A DNA stretch of 64,000 bases from Schmidtea polychroa (lineage: Eukaryota), in assembly GCA_044892525.1 (NCBI GenBank), contig CM097887.1, forward strand, positions 127,884,397 to 127,948,396. Direction: 5' to 3'. Below are positions 1 to 12,500 of the stretch, piece by piece. Made by a program: the position numbers and the translations under genes. Numbering within the stretch: position 1 is the first letter of the stretch; every line of letters begins with the position of its first letter. A model generated the notes under the pieces. The model had not been told where the DNA came from. It ran no database searches and worked only from the letters and a program-made list of their open reading frames with translations.

Positions 1-2394
1 CGTCTCTCGTAACGAACTTTATCACGAGAGATATCACAGCTAGGTTAACAAAGACTTCAGTTTCTTGAAATATAGCCATATTTTCTTTATTGATTTTGAT
101 GAGAATTAACGCTTGAGATATCAAATGATGCATGAATTGTTTTATATCGTTTTTTTTGAATGAAAAGGATATTAAAACAATAATTTTAATTAATTTAATT
201 TAATAATATATTTAAAGTTTAATTATTAAGTTGATATTTTTATTAATGGGGAAGTCAGATGCACTACATATTATAATAATTATTATTATTTATAAATAAT
301 TCGATAACGCTAAAATATTTAGCAAGAATTTCAAATATATTTGCAAGTAAAATATTTTACAAAAGTATCTAATGTGTATAATATTCAAAAATTTACAGAA
401 ATTAATTAGTTATTTATTATATATTTAAAAAAATTTCGAAGAAAATAAATCAAGCATTTTTGATCTTTGTCATTTTAGTGTCTGCTGATTTTTTAAAAAT
501 CCGAAAAAATTAATCAATTTAAATTTACAGAGCTGCTTCAAAAGTAATTAAATCTCTAACGAACTTTTTAAATTGCATCATTTGAAAAACAATATTACCA
601 AGTAATATTGATATTTAGTGTAAAACTCAATTAAATTTTAGGGTTTCTTTTTCTTTTTGATAGAGTAATTTAAAGGTTTTCTTGAACGTGAGACAAAAAT
701 ATTAGAAATGAAAATGAAAAAAAAATAAAATTTACTTCTTTGTAAAATCTCATTACCCGATTTCGGATAGATGATGACTTCTAATAGTTAAATAGTAACT
801 AATTAGATCATAATNNNNNNNNNNNNNNNNNNNNNNNNNNNNNNNNNNNNNNNNNNNNNNNNNNNNNNNNNNNNNNNNNNNNNNNNNNNNNNNNNNNNNN
901 NNNNNNNNNNNNNNNNNNNNNNNNNNNNNNNNNNNNNNNNNNNNNNNNNNNNNNNNNNNNNNNNNNNNNNNNNNNNNNNNNNNNNNNNNNNNNNNNNNNN
1001 NNNNNNNNNNNNNNNNNNAAAGGATAGCCTGTCGACGCATTAAAGAGAAAAGCAATTCTAAACAGAAATCAATAAACAATATATTAAATCTAAATTTATA
1101 GATATTATAGATTTAATAAACAAATTACAAAATTTTATTAGGTTTAAAAACTATTTTAACAAAACATAAAATATAAATATAAAATATTTTAACAGAAATT
1201 TTAATAAATTCTAAAACTATTTTTGATAAATATATTTAAAAATTTATAAAATATTTTATATACTTTTAAATTTTAACTTAGAAAGCTATTGAGTTAAAAA
1301 CATTTAAATAGAAATTCAAAATTATTTAACGTAATAATTTTGGAAATTTGAAAATAACAATAAATCACATACCCTCAATTTACCATCCGAACTATTGACA
1401 AACAACGAAAACACAAATGTTCATAACATTTCGAACATTAATTTATCAACCAAGTTTCACATATTAAATGTTACCAATAATTATTTAAATTTTTTTCTCA
1501 AATTTTAAGATCAGACACTCATACTGTACTTATTGTGTTCACTAATATTGTACAAAAAAATAATAAAGAATATAAAAATTAAGAGAAATCTGATAGAAAA
1601 ACTAATTGTGGTATACGAGGAAAGTGTTGAAAAGTTGGGATAGAAACCGAGGCTTCCGAGGATATGAAAGACATCTTCGATGTCGTAAGTAATGTAACTA
1701 TCATTGATGACGTAGCTTTAATTTCTTATAAAATTTTTGTTGAAAAGGAATTTTGGAATTACCTAACCACATATTGCGGACGATCTTGATAAACTTTTTA
1801 ATGTACTTAAATATCTAAGTTATAAGTAGGTAGTTAGTAGCCATCTGCACACTGTAGCCCTATAGTGAGGTGGTATTTTAAACTAAAATCTTTTCAGATC
1901 AAAATGAAGTAAGATGCAGAGGGCTACAGTGTTTTATGTCAATCCTCTGCACTCTAATTCATTTTGACCTCAAAATATTTAGCCATAAATACCCGAGACT
2001 ATAAGAGCAGGAAGGCAGGGCAGGGTGCAGAGTACTATTAACTGCCTACTGTTATATACTAATGAATCATTGGAGCTTTTTTTGAAAGTAAATAATTTAT
2101 ACCAAAAATTAAGTAAGGAAAAACCTAAAACTACACAGAGAGAACGAAAATTGGAATGTACTAGTACAAAAATAAATAAATTTAGAAAATATGTAAGGAT
2201 GAATGTTATAGTCATAAGCAGTCCTATTGGAGGAAATTTAAGACCTAGGTCAATCAACATACGTGGCCCCCTATATAATGAAAAAAAAATTAAAATTTGT
2301 TATGTTTTGCTAAAACTATTTATTAAAGTAAAAAAATGTAATTCAAAATATAAATATACAAATACGAAATTTAATGAAAAATTTAAAATAGCGC

Positions 2395-2530
2395 TTTTCG
2401 AGACTTTAGAGTTGCAAACGAACTCATCTGCGCTAGACCACCAGACATTCACCATGAGCTTTTTTTGATGAATATTACGCTTTGGTGTGCGTTTTGGTCA
2501 TTTATCCTTGTCCAACACTCGGTCCAACGC
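2395..2530 (-). mobile_element. mariner transposase fragment
   Basis: Minus-strand translation LDKDK*PKRTPKRNIHQKKLMVNVWWSSAD resembles the mariner motif (PKxxPKPNLHQKKVMVTVWW). Confidence 0.75.
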
Positions 2531-2539
2531 CACTCTTTT

Positions 2540-2668
2540 TATACTTTATATTTTAACTATTAATATTATGCTAATAATAAATAATGTCAAAAATGAAATT
2601 TAGTAATTTATTAAAACATTAATTAAGTAGAAAAATATAACCGTAGGAAAGCACGGGAATACGGCTAG
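2540..2668 (+). mobile_element. Helitron 3' terminus
   Basis: Subterminal hairpin ccgtaggaaagcacgg followed by CTAG|T at 2665-2669; the 5' boundary is not defined. Confidence 0.5.
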
Positions 2669-3829
2669 TTTTATTTAAAGACATTTTAATTTATTAATTG
2701 CCTTTTATTTATTGAAAAACAGAGAGAAAATCTTTTTTTGAAACCATAAATCGTTTTATGTAAGTTTTTAGTTTCTCGATTTGTCAGGTTTCAAACCACC
2801 CGGAATATTGACGGAACCTATTATGCGGACTGTGCAAGGTATTTTTGTACATATCTCAATATTTTCTATGTTGAAATTGAATAATGGTATTGATCAAGAT
2901 ATGATTTAGATTCAATTAAATTCTCCACGGAAATAATTAAGAAATTTATTTGTTTTAATAATTGCATATTATTGAATTTTATCCATTTTCCATCAACAAA
3001 ATTAAATCTTTTAAATTCTAAGTTGTCTTTTTAATGAATTATTATTATTTTCGTGGTGTACTCAAAATTCATTTTCATCGATATGAAATTATTTATTTTC
3101 ATTAAACTATTACAATTAATAGAGACAATCAATTAAATAAATAAATAAATATTTTTGTACATTTTTAAGATATTTTTTAGGCTTACGTCATTGCTGCGGC
3201 CTCCTGGAAGCTTTGTAGTGGTTCACGAGGGGCCTCGAATTATTTCAGTACTAATAGATTTAAAGTATTTTTTTTATAAAAATGCATTCATCTCAAGAAA
3301 ATTAATATTAACAATAAAAAGCGGTACAACAGCCGATACTATAATATGGTTTTCCAATTTTCCTTTGAAATTTACTTTACCTAGTTGACTCATACATTTC
3401 TGAAGACCCTTGAATGTTAGATTTTAGATTTTAGGGGTCTCAGTATCTAAAAATCTGAGAAGGTCTGCTCTATATTGTTCGAGTAAAAAATATTTGAGAT
3501 TTCTTTGCAAAGAGTTTCTGTAAGACTTCTTGACTAATCTAATATATAATGAAATAACAAAATCCGAAATAATGTTATATTATATTTTATTAATTATAAC
3601 ACTTTGAATTTTAAATAATTTGAATAACACCTGCGAACGGATACAGAAAACATTGAGATCAACTGTCAACAAATCTTTCAATTTGGATTCTATAGTAGAC
3701 AATCAAAAGTCAATGGTAATAATGGTCAATGATAATTCTTCCAAAAAACAGCTTTGTACATTATATCAATAAAACAGAAGAAAAAATCAATTAAAATCAA
3801 ATAATTTGTTTCTTTTTTTATATCATCTA

Positions 3830-4071
3830 CTACCAGGACTCCATCCCAACCATCGGAGCTTGGACAAATTGAAGTGAGGGTATGTTTTGAAGTGATTGTG
3901 GTCCGCTAGCGCACGCAGAACTAATTTGTTGGGCGCAAATATAACCTGGTCCCGAAACAATATTATGAGGGGACATTGAACTAAAATTTGGCTGAGAATA
4001 AATTACTTCCGGAGATGTGCAATTGTTCGAATTAAATTGATCTGTAGAGTTGAAACTATTTTCCATTTGAC
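3830..4071 (-). CDS. lhx1/5: probable terminal coding exon of lhx1/5
   Basis: Acceptor ttag|GT CAA ATG; stop-free 242 nt ending ...[27 protein letters not shown] and the final Trp resemble the vertebrate Lhx1 C-terminus as I recall it (SAEVFGPSPPFSSLS...EAAVW). Confidence 0.65.
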
Positions 4072-7000
4072 CTAANNNNNNNNNNNNNNNNNNNNNNNNN
4101 NNNNNNNNNNNNNNNNNNNNNNNNNNNNNNNNNNNNNNNNNNNNNNNNNNNNNNNNNNNNNNNNNNNNNNNNNNNNNNNNNNNNNNNNNNNNNNNNNNNN
4201 NNNNNNNNNNNNNNNNNNNNNNNNNNNNNNNNNNNNNNNNNNNNNNNNNNNNNNNNNNNNNNNNNNNNNNNNNNNNNNNNNNNNNNNNNNNNNNNNNNNN
4301 NNNNNNNNNTATCTAAATGAAAAATCAATTATAGATAAATTTGATCCATCCAAGGCAATTTAATTTATAAGAACAATAATCTAATTTTTATTGAGGCATA
4401 TTTGTGGAGGGGAATGCAAATATGTCACTAATGTTGAATTATCTTCGAGTACTTCAATTCACAACAGCAACAACTGAGTTGTGGTTACTGGGCCCGATTT
4501 CTGCTTATGGATATGGAAAGACGAAGTAATTCACATCAATCGAAGAGGTGTTACTATCCTCTGTCACTAATTCCAATCAGCTGTTTTAGAAAAATCGCCG
4601 GTCAACTCGGTGGGTAGAGAGTGAGGGAACACTAACCGTGTAATATCGGCGGTCTGAAGACGACAAAAACTGGTCCCGGGTTGGCAACTGTTTGATAGGT
4701 ATTCCTAACACACTCGTCAATCTGTGACAGTTGCTCGATCGACAATGCTACACATGGATCAATACTCGCTAGACGAGAATGCAACAGCGAAATGCGGCGA
4801 GAGTGGGAGTATTTAGTCGCGACAAAGAAGCATGCTGACGCATGCCGAGATAGCGCCAGTGTAATTTGTGCAACATTTACACGATCTATTGGTGTTACAT
4901 TGGTTACCAATTGCGATACGGTGCAAATTTGGTTTTGCTATTACACGGACCCTAGTGACTCTCGTGGTTTGATGAGAATTATCCCTGCTCTGATTTCGAC
5001 ACAAATGACAATATATCCGAGTTGAAGAATAGTGTAACATGAGCGGTGATATTAAATAAAAACATTCCAACCGACAATTTCCTTTTTAATCCATTATCTT
5101 TATTTTTATCTTTAATATTTTTGTCAATTTACACTATCTTCCCCGTATTAGTTTTTACAAAGATTTCTTTCATTAAAAATGAATTATTAAAATTCCCTAA
5201 ATTCTTTTGAAAGTTCCAAGATTTTAAAAGTGTAGAATAAAACTTTTAAGATACATATTGAAAATTTTACAATGTTGGGATATCAATTTCATTTATTATA
5301 TGACTTAAAGTGAACACAGGACAAGAAAGTGAAATTTCATTTAACAAGATATTATAATAATATACAATATAATATTATAATAATAACAGCTTTTGCAAAT
5401 AATTATCTCAAAAATATTTTATGATTTTACAAATATTCAAGTAAAAAATATCCAAATAATAAATTTTAAATTATTGCATTTTTGTTTTAAATTAGTTCAG
5501 AAATTATTTAGAAAATTAAAATAAATAAAAAATATATCTAAAATCAGAAAAGATCTCAAATTCACTAATTAATAACCTTCCATTTTAGTTAGCAAAAAAT
5601 AAATATATATATATTTACATTGTATAATATCCACGTAAATTAAAACGAATTTCTATTTGAATATTAGGAAAAATTTCGGGAATAAAGATAAGATGCGGAC
5701 TTTAGATATCTGTAGAATTGTCTTTTCTCAATTTCCCTTAGGTCGTAGACGAAGAAAAGATTATATCAAAAACTCATTAACTCTTGGACAAACAACTTAA
5801 TTGAAAGTTGACTAAACCCCGATTCCTCTAGAGACAATCTAGTGAGAGATTTGCAGAAAAGTGATTGATATAAGCATAGATTTTTCTATTGCTCGTTCAT
5901 TGAAATAATCTCACATTGTTCTAGCTATTGGGTGTATTTTTCCATTCTTGTTAGATCAATTATTATTATCATTATTATTCATAGTATTTATTTTAATATA
6001 TTAAAACAAATATTTCCTGAGAATCTATTCAGTAAGTAAATCTCTCAAATTTCAGATAATAATAATAATAATCACGGTAAAGAAAGAACGACAACCAACA
6101 AAATTCGATAATTATTCTACAAAATCTTTTTTAAATAAAGTCTTTGTTTAAGTTAATTGAAATATTAATTAGTAAATTTTAAAATAAAGTTAAAGTATGT
6201 ATAAAGTTTGTTTGAAATTTATTTATAAAAATAAAATTTTAAGGATTATAAAGTGAAGATAAGAAAGCAGTTAGGGAATTTAAACTATAGGATAGTGTCA
6301 ACTTCATGGAAAGTACGCAATATGTTTATTAATAAGTCAAAGACTCCGGTTGAATTGTGCTCCGATCTCGTTTATCAGTTTACATGTAATGGGTGTAATG
6401 CCACATACATTGGAGAGACTTCCCGTCATCTCTGTATTCGAGCTCGAGAACATTGTAGACCGAAGTCTTTGACCCATATTGGTGAGCACAATAAGGGCTG
6501 TAAGATTAAAATAGGTATGTCTGATTTTAAAATTTTATTAAAAAACTTTGATAGTTATTGGGAACGTGTGATTTGTGAGGCGTTGTTGATAAAATCATTG
6601 AATCCGAAAATTAATGTGCAGAATGCTGTAAATACTTGTGTGTTGAGTGTTTTTAAATAAGCTTTTGTGTATTGTATGTATTGATTGTTGTGTTAAATTA
6701 AATAATTAATAAAAAATTTTTAAAATTTTAAAATTATTAAATTAAATTTTAAATGTTAAAGTTTTAAAAAATAATATTTTTTATAAAATAAAAAATTTTT
6801 ATATATAAATAAATTTGTTTAAAATCCTTTATTTAATGAGTATTATATCCCACCTGATGATGACAGGAAAACTGTCGAAATTAATCGTGAAAAAAATGTT
6901 TGATTGGCGTTATCTTATAAAAATAAAATTATGAAAATTTTTATATTTTGTTTAAATTGATTAATTTGAGTTAATACCAAAAAAGATTTTGTTCATGTTT

Positions 7001-9528
7001 GTTTTAATATAGTGCTTTTTCTATATTATATAGAATTTAATAAAACTTTATAGGCATACAATAAATTCATAGAGAAGTGTCATGGCTTTTGCTGCTTCTC
7101 GTTTTTTTACATACCGACTATACTTAATCACAATTCTTTCAGAAATTTTGAATTGCATAAACTGTGTTTATAGACTTTATTTAATTGGTTTTTAATATTA
7201 ATATTAATTTGTATAATTATTTTTATTTGTTGATGAATATATTAATAGAGGACAAATAATTAATTTATAGTCAAATTACTAGATTCATAGTAAATAAATT
7301 TCTAAAAAATTCTTTTTCCGTAGGTAATATACTATCAATGTCATCATTTGGTCAATCTTTGTCTAAATAAAACAATTGATAAAGGCAGTGCCGAAAATTC
7401 GTGAATATCGAAAAACATTTACTGATTCATGGACAAAAAAATTTCTAATAAATACTATAATAATAATAATAATATTTTTTACGTTAAAGGACTATATATA
7501 ATTACATATAGTTATGACAGAAACTGCGACGGATTTACAATCTAGACATTTCAAATAGTATTATAAGAAATTTAAAAAATAATTTTTAAAATTTTTTTTA
7601 TTTAATTTTATTTTTTAAACTTCTATTAATTTAAATACTAAAATACTAAAATATTTATTAAAATACTAATTATTGATTGTCACGAATTTCTGATCCTAGT
7701 TTCATAATCCTTAATTTTAGGATCACATTATCATGATTTTTGTACAATGATTTTAATAGAATGTATAAAAATTGTAAAATTTCAAGGTTTGCAACTTCAT
7801 TGTAATAAAATATCAACAAAAACGTAAATAAAAGACAATTGAAGAATTTTAAATAAAAATAACAAATTGTCTTTTATAATCAAAGTTTTCTATATCTTTT
7901 TAAGAGTCGGCATGTCAATAAAATATTAATTGAATTTCAAAACAAACATTGGAACTTATTCAATAATGTATTTCATAATATGTAATTTGTGTAAAACTGT
8001 TAATACGAATATTTCCACTACTAATGGCGATTCAATGAAGCTGGGATAATTCCCAATGACATGAGTGTGCGAAGAAATTTTCAGAGTTATTACTTTCGCA
8101 TGAAATTTAATTAAAAGTACAAATAAATTTACGCTGATATTTATGATTAAAAATTATCATNNNNNNNNNNNNNNNNNNNNNNNNNNNNNNNNNNNNNNNN
8201 NNNNNNNNNNNNNNNNNNNNNNNNNNNNNNNNNNNNNNNNNNNNNNNNNNNNNNNNNNNNNNNNNNNNNNNNNNNNNNNNNNNNNNNNNNNNNNNNNNNN
8301 NNNNNNNNNNNNNNNNNNNNNNNNNNNNNNNNNNNNNNNNNNNNNNNNNNNNNNNNNNNNNNNNNNNNNNNNNNNNNNNNNNNNNNNNNNNNNNNNNNNN
8401 NNNNNNNNNNNNNNNNNNNNNNNNTATAAATTTGGTTCAAATAAAAATAGAAGTGAAAATTGAGATATTTAAATTTAAAAAATAGTATTATTTCACGAGT
8501 TTTTTTGTGATGACTTGACAATTAATATAAACGAGATTAAAAACTCCCAAATCCTAGAAGCTGACATCCAGTAATTAGATAATTGTCTACAATAAATTAT
8601 TGGAGAATTCTGTAAATTGTGAGTCATTTATTTTAAATTCCTTGGTTTTTGGTTGCTATAGTGATGATTAATATTTTATTGAATATCGCACCCAAAAATA
8701 ATGAAATAAATATAAATACTTTGATCTTGATCTAATAATTAATTAATTAATTAATACATTTACTTTTGTAAATATTCAAATAAATGGGGAAAAAAAGTTT
8801 ATTTAAGAATTAAAGATTATGAATACAATATTAAAAAAAATCCCTAACATTATTATTAATTAGTAAAAATTATTAAATCAACTCCAGTAAAAAATAACAA
8901 TAAGAATATGCTCAAGTTGAACATTCTTTTAGAAATTAATATATTTTTATTTATTTACAAAAGCAAAGAAGAACTTTGTCAATTTGTTTTCTGTAACAAC
9001 CAAAATAAAAAACGGAACATAATCAGAAATGTATATAATATGAAACGTGAGTTATTTTCAAATAAACTTTTCTATTGTCGGTTTAACTTTAAGATTTTAA
9101 ATAAAATTAATCTTAAATTCCATAAATTCTTAATAGTGATGAGACCTTCAGCTATGACAAAAGCGGTGAATGTAAAACAATTCGAAGATTTGTTACATCA
9201 TAATCTTGTACATTTTAAAAGGACTCAAACTCGGTGTAACATCCTTAAATATATTCCAAAACACTTACTAAAACACTTACTAATTCAAGAATAAATTTTA
9301 AAATAAATTTTAACCATAAAACAAATCTCAATTAATCCATCTAATATTCATCTAAATCAGGGGTTTCAAACTCAAACTGGCCTGCGGGCCGCATTAGACT
9401 AGTATTATGAGCCGGCGGGCCGCAACATAAATAATTGTTTTTCAGAACATGTGGAGTCTGAAACTCCGACGTTAATATTTATTTAATTAAAAACTCAACA
9501 AAACTAAAAAACATTTTTTTATTATTAA

Positions 9529-9593
<65 letters not shown>

Positions 9594-12500
9594 TGTATAA
9601 TGTCATATGTATAAATAAAAATAATTAAAAAGATAAGTTTTAATTTATACAGCCAATTATGATTTTAATTGTTAAATAAGTTTGGTTAAATTACAAATCT
9701 ATGTTTTCCGCGTGTTTGAGACCCCTGATCTAAATGGTGGCATACCTAGGATATTTTACTCCCACCCACAACTCTGAAAACCATTATTTTATAAAATTAA
9801 GTAAAATTCATATAGGGGCTTATAATGAGAAGAAACAATGCAGAATATTATATATTATTAGTAATATTATATATTATTAGTAATATTATATATTATTAGT
9901 AATATTATATTTATTAAATACGACGTGACGACATCCTTACAGGTTGTAGAAAGTTTATTGAAAGTTTATTTTCCTGGATACGACTATGGCAAACTAACTA
10001 ACAATTTCATCAAAATCACAATTCCCTCTCATTTCACTCACTAATAGGACCTTGTCCCTTCGATGCACGCAAATAAGATAAAATCAGCTTAAGTTTTCTT
10101 AATAAACGTCCACAGCAAACAATTAAAACAAATAGTATTAATACGAAACATATTCCGAATTCCACAATACCAACATTTTCAAACCCAATTTGTAAGTGAA
10201 AATTTTGTAAAATTTCCTTAAATTTATATTTGATAGGAAAACTATATTAAATGAATCAATTAATAAATAGTATACTTAATTAAATATTTAATAAAAAATA
10301 TCTATTCTACAAAAGAAAATCAATTTAAAATGACAATAAATTTTTTATGTTTAAAAACTCTACCCCATTTAAACAAAATATTTATTATTTTCATTAATTT
10401 TTACAAAAATAATTATTGATTTACTAAAATTTAAATAAAAAATAATTTTTATAATAATTTAACGGAAATATTTGAGAGGAACGAAAAAGAATTCGATAAG
10501 TTATAAATAATTATGAAACTACAAATATCCACAATCTAAATGTATAGTTAATATTATTCAAATATAACGAATGCCTTTCACTGGCAAAAATCTCATCTTC
10601 TGAGTTAATGAAGTGTGAAATGGACATTCTGCTACAACTAAAAACTAGAGAATCTACAGAAGAAGGCAGAAAATCACTCAACAGAGATACTGTCATGGAT
10701 CGACTGGTTCAGTATCAATGGCAAAGCCTCACAGATCTTTGTCACGTTAATAACGACCTAAATAAATCATTCGCTGAATTAGCTCCAGAGTTGTTACGAG
10801 CAGAACCAGTGTTGGGTAAACATCGTTAGAGAAAGGGCGACATTTTCTGCTACATTCATTTTTGTACACCGAACCAAACTCAATGGCAGTAACAGCATTA
10901 AAAAAAACAACAGCAATAACAGCAATTTCAGAAAATAGCAGCAGTAACAGCGAGTTGTATCGTCAGCAGTAGCAGAAGTAGCAGAAGCAGCAATGGCAGC
11001 ATCAGCAAAAGCGCAGCAGAAGCAGCTGATCGAAGCTTACATTGCTGAGATTAGACAATACCGATGCAGAGGAACTAGGCCAGTCTACTGCTGAAAATGT
11101 TCCACTCACAGAACCGCGCTTCATCTCTTGAGAGCTTGCTATGCCACCTGCGTCTTAATATAATCCCAATAATCTTCTGCATCAATAATCGATAGTCGAT
11201 TGTAAAACAGAGTTGAATGCGCTTCCATAATGATGATTCTGAGGAGCGGGTACAATGAGATTATCTACAAATTCTCAACAGTTTAGACAGAAGTGGCAAA
11301 TTTTACTATTTCGATAATCAGCAGTTTGGGATGGGATTAAGTGTCGTTCCCAGTCGTTGCTGTTGACGCTTTCCTCAGATATTTCTATTCATGAAGTTTT
11401 ATTTTTTATTGTCTCATCAAATCTTTTAACAATGTCACAATATTGATTTATTCGATTAAATTATTATTAAATTGAGAAAACAAATTGATAAAGTCTTTTT
11501 TTCACTTTTTTAATATTTGTTTTAACTCATTTTGGCATGTCTAATTGTATTTTTTTGTTTGAAAAACTATCATTTATTTGCAATTTATTTAAACAATGTT
11601 TTTAAATCTATAAATATATTTATATTTTGTTTGCATTGAATTGAATTTAAATTTATAAAATGCATAATAAAGGAATTTGCAGCGTGACATCTATTTGCAT
11701 GATCATTGTACATTTGTACAAAGTTGTTAAATATTTACTAATGTCATTTTGTTAGCTTTAATACGACAAATATATCCAATATTTCTTTTAATGTGACAAA
11801 ATTAATAGTAACTTATCGAATAATGCATAATTANNNNNNNNNNNNNNNNNNNNNNNNNNNNNNNNNNNNNNNNNNNNNNNNNNNNNNNNNNNNNNNNNNN
11901 NNNNNNNNNNNNNNNNNNNNNNNNNNNNNNNNNNNNNNNNNNNNNNNNNNNNNNNNNNNNNNNNNNNNNNNNNNNNNNNNNNNNNNNNNNNNNNNNNNNN
12001 NNNNNNNNNNNNNNNNNNNNNNNNNNNNNNNNNNNNNNNNNNNNNNNNNNNNNNNNNNNNNGAACTAAAACTGACTGATTGTTTTCCGAAGAGGACATAT
12101 GAATTGAGCTAGGAATTGAGGTTGGCTGATTTATTGTTAAAAAGGAAGGTTGAAGACCTGGTAGGCCAGGATTGGTATTAGACAAAAAGAAATCCCTATG
12201 CAACGCTGGATGACCAATAGGATAATTATTTCCTGACTGAAACGAACCTCCTAAAGCCGCTATTGCATTGCAAAAGTCCTAAAATGTGATTGATATAATA
12301 AAGTTTGTTTATAAATAATTATCAAATCTTACTGGGTTATCACCAAAATATCCATGAAAATTTGGATTATTCATCATTTGAGCAGTGTCGGGTCCCATGT
12401 CATCTGGACCGAAACCCCGACTTAAACTTCTCATTCGTCGAGCATTTCTGAAAAAAGGTCGACGAGCTCCCATCGCACTTAGTTGTTTCATACGTCTTTC

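Noticed and set aside
8908-9294. 128-aa ORF in the lhx1/5 intron
   Set aside because: No recognisable domain; AT-rich codons; at most a LINE 3' tail relic.
9844-9910. CRISPR-like array
   Set aside because: Eukaryotic context; the repeats are contiguous with no spacers.
10830-11400. Long minus-strand frame with scattered TGA/TAA stops, suggesting a recoded or extra lhx1/5 exon
   Set aside because: The stops are of mixed type, the frame also shifts, and both real genes use the standard code; a decayed retroelement on the + strand explains it better.
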